64,000 nt of DNA, from NCBI GenBank assembly GCA_951406725.2, contig OX597820.1, positions 94,240,001 through 94,304,000 on the forward strand, in the 5' to 3' direction. How positions within the stretch are numbered: the first letter of the stretch is position 1; every line of letters starts with the position of its first letter. The DNA is from Octopus vulgaris (lineage: Eukaryota). Shown here piece by piece: positions 45,620 to 59,232 of this stretch. The translations under genes were made by a program, and so were the position numbers. The notes under the pieces are model-generated. The model worked only from the letters and a program-made list of their open reading frames with translations, searched no databases and was not told the DNA's origin.

Positions 45620-45662
45620 CCACTACAATTGTTTCTTGTCTTGATCGACAATCTTCAGGTGG
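45620..45662 (-). ncRNA. Minimal type-I hammerhead ribozyme motif in a short element (about 45525-45690)
   Basis: revcomp: ccac-CTGAAGA-ttgtc gatcaa gacaa-GAAAC aatt GTA-gtgg; stems I and II fully paired. Confidence 0.82.
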
Positions 45663-45687
45663 ACTTCCAATCTAAAATATCAATATG

Positions 45688-45725
<38 letters not shown>

Positions 45726-45877
45726 TGTATATATATATATATATATATATATCTGTGTATATTGATAGATAGATAGATAGATAGATAGATTGATTGATTG
45801 ATTGATTGATACATGTATGAATATATACATATATATTTATGAATCTGAGTATATACGTATGTATATATGTATGTATG

Positions 45878-45908
<31 letters not shown>

Positions 45909-45930
45909 GGAGAGGGAGAGAGATAGATAA

Positions 45931-45961
<31 letters not shown>

Positions 45962-46389
45962 CATACATACATACATACATACATACTTACATACATATTA
46001 AGGACAAAAGAAGAAAACTATATCGTGAATAGAAGGAAGAAAGTATTTACATTCTCATTAAATTATGTAACCGGTTTCAACTTTTTAATAAGGTCATGCA
46101 AATAAGAAACGGAAATATATTGAACCATATTAAATTAATCTTTCATAATAGCAGATTTGAAAGTTCATATGTTTTCTTTGAAAAGTCCACAAGACAATGG
46201 TTGTTAGTTTCCTCACGATGGATCGTTTGGTCATAGTAGCAGTGGTAACAGTTTTTGCAGCGTCAGTTATTTATTTATTGTTCCTTTGAGTAGCAACATG
46301 CATAGTTTTGTTTATTATTCCTTACTAACAATGTTGACATGAAGGACTGGTAAGTAATGGTGGCAGAATGTAAGTCGTGTGGTAGCGAT

Positions 46390-46391
46390 GT

Positions 46392-46434
<43 letters not shown>

Positions 46435-46486
46435 GGTGGTGGTGGTGGTGGTGGTGGTGGTGGTGGTGGTGGTAGTGGTGGTGGTG

Positions 46487-46536
<50 letters not shown>

Positions 46537-46553
46537 TGTTGTTGTAGCAGTAA

Positions 46554-46645
<92 letters not shown>

Positions 46646-46799
46646 TGATGATGATGACGATGATGATGAAAAGGAGGAGGAGGAAGAGGAGGACGAAATA
46701 GGGAGAGTGAGGAGAAAGAAGAGGAGGTGAAATGGAGGAGGAGGAGAAGGAGGAGGGGGAGGAAAAGGAGGAAGAAGACGAAGAGGAAGAAGAAGAAGA

Positions 46800-46859
<60 letters not shown>

Positions 46860-46913
46860 AGAGGAAGAAGAAGAGGAAGAAGAAGAAGAGGAAGAAGAAG
46901 AGGAAGAAGAAGA

Positions 46914-46945
<32 letters not shown>

Positions 46946-47115
46946 GAAGAAGAAGAGGAAGAAGAAGAGGAAGAAGAAGAGGAAGAGGAGGAGGAAGAAG
47001 AAGAGGAAGAGGAGGAGGAAGAGAAGGAGGAGGACGACGACGAAAGGGAAGAGGATAGTGATGATGATGATGATGATGACGACGACGATGGTTATCTTCA
47101 TCGTCATCATCATCA
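46390..47115. repeat. Compound trinucleotide microsatellite (AGT)(GGT)(AGC)(GAT)(GAA/GAG)n
   Basis: Directly visible. Confidence 0.95.
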
Positions 47116-47571
47116 TAGACGTTGACTCGGTAGTGTGTATGATCATTGCTTCTTAATGAGTTGCAAAGCGAAGACATCTTCTTTAGGCCAGCTCATGATG
47201 GAGCTTTTTATAAGCTTTTGCTACATCCCTCACATGTCTCTTCTCGTTTAAATGCAATGCAAAATTATGATATTAAGCGTTGTGAGCAAATATGTGTTTT
47301 TAGACCATCGATAGAAAGGCATCGTTTATTACATGAGTAGCAAACGTTTGTTCTTTCAAGTACTAAATATATAGTTCCCTTCTTTGCAACATGTATCCTT
47401 GAGTGGTTAAAAAAAAACAGCCTTAGAGAAGCTCAGTTACTTGTTAAATATGTGTGGGTGTGCGTGCATGTATGTGTTGGAGGAAGAGAAAGCGCGCATA
47501 TATGAGTGTGTGTATGTGCGGGCGTGTGAATGTGTGATTATGTAGGCTGTAGGCATATACAGATGTGTATT

Positions 47572-48143
47572 TACGAGGGTGAGTCAGAAAATAATGCCAT
47601 TTTGTGTAGGACAGGTATAATTACCAACACAGGAACATGTATCATACATCAAAATGAAGCTGGTCTTCTATGGATCACATCCCTACTTCTCAATATAGTC
47701 ACTGTTTCTCTCAATAGCAATGTTCCACCTTCGAATGAGAGCATGTATCCCTGCCCCGTAAAATTCTGTTGACTGTTCTTTGAGCCACTTCTTCACTACA
47801 GTTTTCACTTCCTCGGCACTGGAATAATGTTTGCCTCCCAAACCCTCTTTCATGGGGCCGAACAGATGATAGTCTGAAGGCGCTAAATTATTCCAATGAC
47901 AAGGAAGTGAAAACTGTAGTGAAGAAGTGGTTCTAAGAACAGTCAACAGAATTTTACGGGGCAGGGATACGTGCTCTCATTCGAAGGTGGAACATTGTTA
48001 TTGAGAGGAACAGTGACTATATTGAGAAGTAGGGATGTGATCCACAGAGGACCAGCTTCCTTTTGATGTATGATACATGTTCCTGTGTTGGTAATTATAC
48101 CTGTCCTAAACAAAATGGCATTACTTTCTGACTCACCCTCGTA
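47572..48143. mobile_element. Mariner-derived fold-back element (two inverted transposon 3' ends), TA TSD
   Basis: TA|CGAGGGTGAGTCAGAAA...TTTCTGACTCACCCTCG|TA. Arms 47574-47828 and 47887-48141. Minus strand encodes LAPSDYHLFGPMKEGLGG..RWNIAIERNSDYIEK. Confidence 0.93.
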
Positions 48144-49364
48144 TATATATATATATATATATATATATGCGTATCTTCTTTTATCCTAAAAAGAGATATC
48201 ATTCTTTTACTTTGGTAATTTGGCATTTACATATCTGAGAATTACTTATATTCACACTAATATTAAACCAGTGCAAATGAGACTTACACCTCTCGTCAAT
48301 GTCGAAATGAAAATACTATGGTTGTCCAAATGAAAATACTAATTCCCCCCGCCATTTTGGGTTCGGTCAGATATCACTGGTTGAATATCTTAATATATCA
48401 TTTCGGGTTAAATACTCGGGTAGTGAAATGAATTATAGTTGATCATCTATAATAATAAATGCCAAAACGAATTTCTGTGTGTCAGTGTGTCATTATTTGA
48501 CTCCATCTCTCACTATCCAATGACACTTCTACTATTCCTCCTGCTGGGGTAAGAGTAATAGTAGGTATAGAGACGGTGAGGGCAGTAGTAGATTGATGGT
48601 TGTGATGGTAATGAGGTGACGGTAATAGTATGAGCTGTAGCTGTGATAGAGGCGGAGGCGACGATGATGATGGTGGTGATTGTGGTAGCCGAGGCGGTCA
48701 GGGATGACGGTCATAGTAAGCGATGTGAAAGACAGTTGTGATGGTGATGGGGGGGAAGGTGGCGAAGTCAAAGGTATTAATGGTGGTGGCATCAGAAGTC
48801 TGAATGGTGTGTGTATGACTGTTGTGCTGGCGATGGTGGTACTGGTGATGGTGATGGTTGAAAACAATCAACAGAAAGAGAGTGAAAGAAAGAAAGAGGT
48901 TAGACAGAAAAAAAATTGTACTGACGGCCGAATGGGAAAACAAAAAATGTTGTTTATAATGCAGCTTTGCAATAAGCTCAAAGTCGACAAATCATATCAT
49001 TGTTTTGATGAAAATTGTTCATTGCTTGAAAAATATTGGTCAGGTTTAATCAAATTTAATATGTACTCAATGCATGAAGTGTCATTGTTGGGCCCAATGC
49101 CCAATGAAGAGCCCTCCACAAGAACTAACTTAAAGGTCCCCCTATCGGGCGGCTTTTAAGCGAGTGAATAAATATATTTTATAACTTAACAGCGAAACTG
49201 AATAATATTTCATCTGTTTGTTAATGCTAACATGTATAATATATATACGCGCACGCACATGACGCACGCATACACTCATATATATAGATGTATAATAACA
49301 ACAAAAACAACGATGACGACCACGACCACGACGATGACGATGATGATGATGGTGATGATGATCT

Positions 49365-49510
49365 TTTCTACTATAAGCCAAGGCCTGAAATTTTGGCAGA
49401 AGGGGTCAAGTCGATTACATCGACTCCAGTGCTCGACTGGGACTTATTTTATCGATCCCAAAATGATGAAAGGCTAAGATGACCTCGGCGCGGAATTTGA
49501 ACTCAGAACT
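49365..49510 (-). mobile_element. SINE family C fragment
   Basis: AAGGCCTGAAATTTTGG..GTCGATTACATCGAC..GATGAAAGGC..GAATTTGAACTCAGAAC. Confidence 0.8.
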
Positions 49511-49559
49511 TAAAAGGCAGGAAGAAGTACTTCTGTAACGATTATGCCACATTCAAATG

Positions 49560-50480
49560 TTTTTCACATACTTTTCTGGCAGATTTTTCATATGTGACAG
49601 CATTAATAAGTCTAGTGTATGTGTCGTTTGGGACTTATAGAATAGCTGCTGGGGAAAACTGGATATTCTGGATCTGAAGACGAAGGTCAGTCGTTGTAAC
49701 ATAGCTTGGTTACATTGAGAGTATATATTCACCAACAGAGACTTTGAAGGTTATAGTTGCATACCTTTTCCTGTTTAGTAGGATGCTGTTTTGTTTTGTC
49801 TTTTTTGTGTGTGTTTTTGTACTGTTGAAAGAGAGAATCTTGCTTTGATCTCATTAAAAAGATATTTTCAAAATCTCCATTCATGGAATCAGTGAGGTGT
49901 CCAGACTGCATGTGGGTGGCACCTGTGTGCGAAAAGGTTGGAAAGAATGAGAGTTGGTACTATATGAGCATGAGTGAGTGTTGCTGAAGGTGACGGCAAG
50001 CAGATCTTTAACGCATAGGAAAAAATGTGGGGAGCAAAACTGAACCCTGATACGCACCAGAGTTGATATAATTGTGGATCTCAAAGAATATGATCAACAC
50101 GCACTGCAATACTGTGAGTTGATAGAAAGCCGCCAATCCAAAGGATGAAGAACTTTCTAGAGTGTGTCTATATTGTTGAGGGATGCATGTGGGGAATGAA
50201 AGTAGTTAATGTAAAGATTTGAAGATTACGAAGTATGCAGCTTCTACATCAGCATAGGTCGAGTATGAAAGAACCAAGGAGAGTTGTGAATATTGATGTC
50301 TGTGAGGACAGTGATTTCAGAGATAGATGAAGTGAGAAAGATATCTTCGATGCAGGAGGAAATTTAAGTAGAATAGTTGGTGGGGGTTAGAATAGTGTGG
50401 AGATAGAGAACGGTTGAGGAAACAGATGTGTCTGAATTAGTTCGGGTAGGAGTATTTGAGCCAGAATGACAAGAATATTT
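49560..50480 (-). mobile_element. Highly decayed CR1/L2/Jockey-like RT fragment
   Basis: NSGAYQGSVLLP then FLCVKDL (cf. SGVPQGSVLSPxLF..INDL) near 50000-50075. Confidence 0.55.
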
Positions 50481-51186
50481 TGTTATTGATACCCAAGCGA
50501 GAGGCAAATTAGTGACAAGGAAAGTGGAATCTGCATATACGTAGATAATGAAGTTTAAATTATAAAAAATGTAACCAGGACACTAGAGATGAAACGAAGA
50601 TGAAACCTGAAAAAGTTACCTCTCGATGCGGATTAAATAAGTGGATTGTACGCGAGTAAGAAGAGATGTGTTGCGTTTAGACTGGATCAGAATTTATCAA
50701 TGTTAGAAAAGGAAAATTCTCCTATGAGTTTAGCCAACATATCTGGTATCTGTGCAATGAGTCCTTACCAGAAGTCTAGTCCGAATGCTTGCATCAAAGT
50801 TCGAACAAACCCATGGATCAGGTTGCGTTAAACTAGGCAGTAAGATAAGATTAACGTCATGTTAATTAACCACATGTCTTACTTATGGGACACCTGGTGT
50901 TCAGTGTTTCAGCAGAAAGTCATTGAAGCATTATACATACATACAACATGCATGTGTGCTTATGTGTGTGTATATAATGTGTGTATGTGTGTGTATGTGT
51001 GTGTGTGTGTTATACTATCTGTTCTGGAGTTACAAAGACATGTTTCAAGTGAGTCAGCAGCTAGTTTTCTTTTTCTCCCCACTACCTCCCTCTCTACCTA
51101 CTAACCCCTCTCTCTTCTTCTCTCCCACTAGCTCACTATTTCTATTAACCATCTGACAGTACAAGTTCTTAACTAATGTGCCACGC

Positions 51187-51230
<44 letters not shown>

Positions 51231-51964
51231 AATTTCAAAAGAAGAAAAAGACGAAGACGGGTTAGCCCGTCGTTGCCAGGCAATAGAATGTCTTATATAA
51301 ACTTTTGTACATTTTATGTCAGACCATACCTTCCCCGATAGATTTGTACAATTTTTCACGAAAAAAAAGCTTCGTTGAGGATTTTTTTTTCCTTTTCAAA
51401 TTATTTACATGTCTGTTCGACCGTTTCTCATGACTTTATTCATTAAAACTTCAGAAGTTCTTACAACTTCGGTCACCGTAATACTTTGCTTTGGCTTGTT
51501 TAATAAAAAGTTCTCCTGCTAATGGTTTTGCTTTCATTTTGTGATAGACAGCTATCATGCAGAACATGCCAGCTACCAAACCCTGTTTTCTGATTAGGTA
51601 AAATTGATTAAACTTTAGACCTCAGTAACATTTTTCTGTAATTTTTCTTAAACAAATAAATAATGAAATCGGATTTGACGTGGAAAATTATTTCTACATA
51701 TCAAATTTGAAAATTTTGATGTAATTTTAAAATCTCGCAATATATGACAGCAACAAAGAAGACCCTACAAAATAAGAGAGACAGACAATTATAGGACTTG
51801 ACACACTTACAAATATGATTTTAGCATTCTCGAAGAATCAGCTCGGCATTATCCACTTACTGCCGACTGAAAACTGCGCTTGCGCGCTGAATTTGAAAAT
51901 TTATAACATATAATGATGAGACACGTGTTATTTGTCTCTGAATTATAAGTTAGTTGTTAAGGCC

Positions 51965-52032
51965 GGTTACTGATGAGAATTCGCCTAGCAGATTATGTAA
52001 TTTCTAAAGAAATTTGAAACCTAGGTATAACC
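51965..52032 (+). ncRNA. Type-I hammerhead ribozyme motif in a (TA)n-flanked element (about 51224-52170)
   Basis: ggtta-CTGATGA-gaatt...aattt-GAAAC ctag GTA-taacc: perfect core, 5-bp stem I, palindromic stem III. Confidence 0.8.
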
Positions 52033-52204
52033 ACAAAAAAATAACAAGGTAAAAGATTTTATTTTTCATTTCCTTCGAAAATTGCTATTTATGTGGTTTT
52101 GGTCGTTTTGGCTGCTTCTTCTAGCGTGTAAAAATTACCTGTTTCAAGGGTAGTTTTCTCTTGTGTTTAAATGTACACTATTTTATATATATATATATAT
52201 ATAT

Positions 52205-52610
52205 ACTCTTTTTCTTTTACTCTTTTACTTGTTTCATTCATTTGACTGTGGCCATGCTGGAGCACCGCCTTTAGTCGAGCAAATCGACCCAGGGACTTAT
52301 TCTTTGTAAGCCCAGTACTTATTCTATCGGTCTCTTTTGCCGAACCGCTAAGTGACGGGGACGTAAACACACCAGCATCGGTTGTCAAGCAATGCTAGAG
52401 GGACAAACACAGACACATAAACATATACATACACATACATACATATATATACATATATACGACAGGCTTCTTTCAGTTTCCGTCTACCAAATCCACTCAC
52501 AAGGCATTGGTCGGCCCGAGGTTATAGCAGAAGACACTTGCCCAAGATGCCACGCAGTGGGACTGAACCCAGAACCATGTGGTTGGTAGGCAAGTACTTA
52601 CCACACAGCC

Positions 52611-52611
<1 letters not shown>
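52205..52611 (-). mobile_element. SINE family A
   Basis: Near-full-length match. Confidence 0.92.
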
Positions 52612-52644
<33 letters not shown>

Positions 52645-53120
52645 ATAGGGATCATTTCATGAAGGTGCTTCTCTGCGTGCTCATGTATGTGCATTAAAAC
52701 AGGCCAAATGACAGATGACGTCAGACGAATATCCCAGAAACTGACAGATGCGATTTTGAGTAATGTAGAATTATAACCAATTAAGTGCTCACAAACTTTA
52801 ACAACAAAATCTTATATCTCCCAAGGATTATATGGACCCCGTTTTGTTATATTGGGATAAACAGTAGAAGCTTAGGAAAACAAGAGATTATCTACATCGA
52901 CAGATACATTAATTATGATATTTTATTACGTTTCACTTATGCTCCTAGTTCGAAATCACGTAAGATCGAGTATGCCTATTATCCTTCCGGAGCTTCGAAT
53001 CGATGAAATATGTACCTGTCAAGTACTGGTGTTAATTAAATTCACTACGATACCCTTCTCACTCACTCTTCCTCTATCTTTCTCCTTCTCTCTTTCCGCA
53101 TTCTCTCTCTCTCTCTCTCT

Positions 53121-53199
<79 letters not shown>

Positions 53200-53282
53200 C
53201 ATGCTCGCCATGATAGATCACTAGCCACTACACATTCTTTATTTTCTCTCTTTATTTTTTCTCCTCGTTTCTTTCTGTGTTC

Positions 53283-53320
53283 CATTCTGAGGAAGAGCGT
53301 AGGCTCGAAACGTTTAAGAC
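53283..53320 (+). ncRNA. Hammerhead-like motif (extra A after core, weak stem I) in a short element (about 53198-53411)
   Basis: CTGAGGA-A-GAGC gtag GCTC-GAAACGTT. Confidence 0.5.
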
Positions 53321-53415
53321 TTTTTCACTTCCTGAGCGTTATACTAATACATCTGTTTGTTGTCTACACCACCTGTCTTCGTCTTTTGCTGTTTTTTTTG
53401 TGAATTCTCCCAATA

Positions 53416-53493
<78 letters not shown>

Positions 53494-53507
53494 GGGGGCC
53501 TGTTTAT

Positions 53508-53568
53508 GAGATTACCCTCGGTTTCTCGCTCATGAGGGGTTTAGCCTTACGGCGTATCTTCAGACCCC
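53508..53568 (-). ncRNA. Type-I hammerhead motif, same family as 35616
   Basis: revcomp: ggggt-CTGAAGA-tacgccgtaagg..cctcatgagcga-GAAAC cgagg GTA-atctc. Flank TTTAAAATATGGAGG is shared with 35698. Confidence 0.68.
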
Positions 53569-53678
53569 AAACACTACTGGCCTAAGCCCTCTTTAAAATA
53601 TGGAGGAGGAAGTATATAGAGTGTGCTTCTACCCCGGATTTATGTCTTTCTACAAACGATATATATATATATCGTCGT

Positions 53679-54145
<467 letters not shown>

Positions 54146-54171
54146 TTTATTTAAAAGCAGCAGAAATTTAA

Positions 54172-54220
54172 CAAAACCTGTTACTCGGAGTTTCACGTTC
54201 CCGTTCGTCGGACAGTTTTG
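54172..54220 (-). ncRNA. Hammerhead motif with U4C core variant in a (TA)n-flanked element of about 85 bp
   Basis: revcomp: caaaactgt-CCGACGA-acg ggaa cgt-GAAAC tccga GTA-acaggttttg; all three stems pair. Confidence 0.62.
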
Positions 54221-55200
54221 TAAAAATCTATATATATATATATATATATATATACCATTCTCTCACTCACTCACTCTCTCTCTTCTCTCTCTTTCTTTCT
54301 CTCTCCCTCCCTCTCTCTGTTAACTGCTCCCCAAATTTGCAGTTTCGAACCAAAGATGCATATCAAGTATGTATACGGTCGTTTACAGTACGAGAAATAA
54401 CAATAAAAATCCCTTCAAATTACAGGCTTCTGCCTTAAAACCTAGAATGTCATGGACAATGCGATGATCATCGATCATAGGTCATTTGTCTGAGCAAAGC
54501 AGGCCCGGGGCTAAACAACAATAACTGTGTGACAAGCGCTGGTGAGAATGTGAAAATGTCTCTATTACCACTACCACCCAAACCCCCACCGCTCAACCAT
54601 TTAGGAACATCTTACAACCTCTGTAAACCCTTTATGTACGGGCTTGTCTCCACTCAGGTGAGAACATGAGAGAACGTTGCTTGGCAACGTGATGCTTTAA
54701 ACGTTGTCTTGGTCACCGTGTGATACAACAAGAATAATAGAAGAGAAAAGGTGGGGAAACAAAGGAGGGCGGAGAAGAAAGAAGTGAGAAAGAAGGGGAG
54801 GAGGTGAAAGTATGAGTGTAGCAGATGAAGGTAAAAGAGAGTAGGAGGACGATAAAAGTGAAGGTAAAGTTGAGATGGGGTGATAGGATGAGAATGAAAG
54901 AACAAGATAAGAAAGGATGAGAGCAAGAGAATGAGTAAAACAAGAGAGGAGAAGGCGAAGGTAAGGTAAGATGATTGGAAGTTTAGGGAGGAATAAGAGA
55001 AGGAGAGGGAGAGGGAAACAGTAGACGAGAAAAGATAATTAAATTAAGAGAAGCACAATACATGGATGAAAAGGAGGAGGAGGAGGAGGAGGAGGGAGAG
55101 AAAAAGAATAACAAGCGAACAGAAAACAGGAAAGCAGATGAAATAACAGTGTGTGTGTGAGTGAGTGTGTGTGTGTGTATGTGTGTGTGTGTGTGTGTGA

Positions 55201-55305
<105 letters not shown>

Positions 55306-55578
55306 CGTGATTGACAACAAGGAGCTTGGGACTTGAAAAGTTCTAGTGTTCAGTGTATGATACACACCTATGTCAAACCAACATTTCGTTTATCGTAAGG
55401 GATCGATATCAATAAGAAATAGACTGATTGAATGAGAGAGAGTGACTCTGTGTCGTACAGTATTAAGCTGCTTTGATGTTTGATGCGACAGCTTCGTATC
55501 CAATAAATGAGGGGGGGGGAAACAAACGTCAAGTATGGATTTTTCTTATTATTATCAATTTTAGATGTTGTTACTTTC

Positions 55579-55615
<37 letters not shown>

Positions 55616-56299
55616 TCTTTTTGAGAGACAACCACCGAGGAGTAATAGACAATTAGGTAGCAATCTACCGTCGGAGCTGTTTCATTTCCTTTATGCTGCT
55701 AATTGTTCTGGGAAACACTGACAACTTTTCTTTCTTTCTTACAGTATCGATCGAACTAGTACCAATCGAATAATGGGGCCGACTAAATCAAACTACAGAA
55801 GCCAAACACTAACCGCAAAAATTCTACGGCCTTTTGCTACAGATAAAAATGCATATTTTACCCATATCTTCATCATTAAAATGTGTGGCTTTTATCTTTG
55901 TATTTAACCAAAAAAGATTCATATCCTTGCCTTCGATAACGATCTTCTATCAGCTTGATAAATATCCGATAAAAAAATCTAAATTCACACTATAACAAAT
56001 GTACTTTATTTATGCTTTACACATACTTTATTTCTCTCGGTGTTTCCAGGTAGACAAAACAAAAAGAGACACCGTTATTCGACTCGATTCTTTACAAATT
56101 AATTCATTCTATTCAGCTCTCCTCCACATTTTTTTTTTCAACAATTGTTCTCTAAACATCACGTCTGTAACACTAAAGACAGTTATAGAGGAGAAAATTC
56201 AGTAGAACGCGTGTTATTCAATTGCCTAACTTATCTTTCTGAGTTCGAATCCTGCCGAGGTCGACTTTGAGTTTTATCGCTCTGAGGCGAACATAATCG

Positions 56300-56985
56300 A
56301 TTCTTCCATCTTCGGCATTGATGAAAACTCATCTTAAAACATATTATACGAAGTTACCGTGAATAAGGATAGAGTGACACAGGAATATTACAATGCCGAG
56401 GTATTTGTAGCATTCTTTGCGTGAAACAAGAGAGAGAGACAGAGAGACCGTTGGTGCACAGGTTTGAGGTTTAGGGGACTAGTTTTGCACAACCAAATAT
56501 GAACATTTCTTTTGGCCAAATCCGATTCCCATGTCAACAGAAAATGTTGTTATTAACACCAGCTGTTTTGTGGCATTGTTAATATTTTTAGCATAGATCT
56601 TTAAGTCATCCACAAATAAATTATGAGTTACACTGGTATCTCTAGTAATTGCAGACCTAGCATGAAGTCATTGGAGTCTTGTAACAGAAACAATAATCCA
56701 CTTAATGCAAAAATAAATAGAATTACATAAAGACTAGCTCCCAGGAATATTCACATTGAAATTTATATAACATCAGAGACGATCCTTTCGCTCTCAGTTA
56801 TAAAAGTGACGATTGTTGCCCAAGGCGTAGGAGTGGCTGTGTGTTAAGTAGCTTGCTTACGAACCACATGGTTCCAGGTTCAGTCCCACTTCGTGGTACC
56901 TTGGGCAAGTGTCTTCTAATATAGTCTCGGGCCGACCAAAACCTTGTGAGTGGATTTGGTAGACGCAAACTGAAAGAAGCCCGTC

Positions 56986-57035
<50 letters not shown>

Positions 57036-58830
57036 CTATATGTGTGTATGTTTGTGTGTCTGTGTTTGTCCCTCTCCCAACATCGCTGAACAACTGATGC
57101 TGGTGTGTTTGCGTCCCCGTAACTTAGCGATTCGGTAAAAGTGACCGATAAAATAAGTACTAGGCTTACAAATAATAAGTCCTGGGGTCGATTCGCTCGA
57201 CTAAATGCGGTGCTCCAGCATGGCCACAGTCAAATGACTGAAACAAGTAAAAGAGTAAAAGAGAGAGTAAATCTTTGTGGGCCTTTCAATGGCTCGATTA
57301 AGGTAGTGAGAACTTTTGTCAAGGGCAAAGATTTGGGAAATAGAGTTTTATATATTCCTATAATCAAACTATACTGTCACAAGGCTTCTGCGGTGTTTTC
57401 TTACTTCAAACAGCACAGCTTTGTTTATCAAAAGCTGTTTGGCACATACCCACACTTTCTCTTTCCTCCTCCCGCCTGTTCATCAGTCACTATGCTATTG
57501 GGCTCCCAATGATCCTAGAGGAGCTAGTTGAGGCAGCTTGTGTATAGTTTATGCATAAAGTTTGGCAAGCAATGGGGCTATAGTTTTCTGTCAACATGCA
57601 GCTTCATTCTTGGCTTCAAGATTCGCCAGTATTATAGCAAGACAATTTGTTATGTCAATCTGATCTTCCATACGCCTTTTGAAAATGCATATTAATGACT
57701 GCCTGTAAAAAATCAGCCTCGTATACCAATATTCGACTATTGGGTCTCTTCCAGATGCCTTCTCGCTATGCAGTTTACTTAAGGCTATAGTGAAATGCTC
57801 GTCAGTTGTATGTTTTACAGTCGATGTTGGTGCAGTATTCTTTCCTAACTATATTTAGCCACGAAGCGTCATGGTTGAAATCTCTTTACCTTCTTGATCT
57901 TAGACCATGATTTTGTACGAGACGTTTCTTCACCGCAATACTTTTCTTCCTCACTTCTCAGTATAATGCCTGCAGTTTGAAAACAAAATTGTCATTTATA
58001 CTGATTTGCTCCTACGATAGCAAAATATTTTGCTCAGCATCATGAGTTCAAGTATAAGCTTTCCATCAAGAGCTTGGTGTACAAAGTTACTGTAAAGTTT
58101 TGTTAATTTTTGCTTAATATTTAATTAGTGAGGTGTGAACTCATTATCCTCTCTTACATTTCATTATTGTGGTTAACCATCCAATATAGCAGCACAGTTT
58201 GTTGTTTTCTATCTAGGTTACTTCAATTTAGTAATTTCATTACCAGACTTCAGCAAACTTCTCCTAGGAATTCCTTGAAAATGAAGACACTAATTGTCAA
58301 GTAACTAATATCACATGATTCCATGCAACATCATAGATGACTTTCAATATTAGAGCAATTGGGTTTTTCTTTAGTCGTGTTGAGAACAATGTCACTCAAC
58401 GACAGTTTGGAAAAAGTAGAAAATATTTTTACGAACAGCACTTTCAGAATGTTCCTAAGTTGAGAATATTCCTCAGTCGTCTCTGTCGAGTCAGTTACAT
58501 TTGGAGATACATTAGAAATTTAATGATGGCGGCAGCAGTGTTTTTATATTATTTTCGACCTAACTTGTGGCAGATTTTTAGTCAATTCTCAGTGTTTTGA
58601 GAAGATCGACTAGCATCACGAAAGATGCTTGTTGCCGAAGCTGTTTTATGTTGGGAAATGTTCGTCCCAGTATTTTGTAATCGCTTTATATATCCGATAG
58701 AGGGGTCATCAGGTGCTTTTTCATAGCACCGAAATAGATCTTGATTTAAATATAAAGTTCGAGTAAAATCAGAAGAGTACTTGCGTGGTCTTAAATAGCT
58801 TACTGGTGTCTTAGTATTGTTTGCGTTGAT
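56300..58830 (-). mobile_element. Decayed R4/Dong-like retrotransposon RT region, interrupted by a SINE
   Basis: KASGRDPIVEYWY, ENYSPIAC, KLYTSCLN, KQLLINKAVLFEV and HNLFVDDLKIYAK..FSVDMGIGFGQRKC. Confidence 0.8.
56823..57270 (+). mobile_element. SINE family A nested in the R4/Dong-like RT
   Basis: Full-length match; RT motifs lie on both sides. Confidence 0.9.
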
Positions 58831-58836
58831 GTTGCT

Positions 58837-59232
58837 AAGTTAAGTTAAGTTAATTTTTTGGCTCAAAAAGCAAAAAGCAAGGCCATGTAGGGGGACATGG
58901 AGTTATGTACAGGGTGGTGTTCATGCAAAGAGTTCGGGCCATTTCTGGTCAAGAGAGACTTTGAACCGAGCGGTCGTCGGCATCTTCACTATCTCGTGCA
59001 GCAGCAAATTCCACGGATCCGCAACCCGGTCGGAGAAAGCTCCTCTCCTTCGATTGAGATGAAATCGTCGCAGATAGAGCTTTTCGGAGTGACCCCGCAG
59101 CCTACGCTCTGGAGCAGGAGTGAAGAACAGCTCTTTCGAGAGGTTACACTTTCCGCTTATGATGTTGTGAGCAAGAATGAGATCACCACGGCGCCGTCGT
59201 TTTTCTAGAGAATAAAGGTCGAGCGCCTTCAG
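58837..59232 (-). mobile_element. CR1-like LINE 3' end (open ORF2 C-terminus, 3' UTR, (TTAAC)n tail)
   Basis: LKALDLYSLEKRRRRGDLIL..LRGHSEKL..AFSDRVADPWN..FKVSLDQKWPELFA*, stop at 58921-58923. Confidence 0.88.

Noticed and set aside
46060-46110. revcomp GAAACCGGTT pLTR-like motif
   Set aside because: Core too degraded to count as a hammerhead.
46275-47177. 300-aa poly-S/L/P and poly-E/K ORFs
   Set aside because: Compound trinucleotide repeat open in most frames; no domain or splice evidence.
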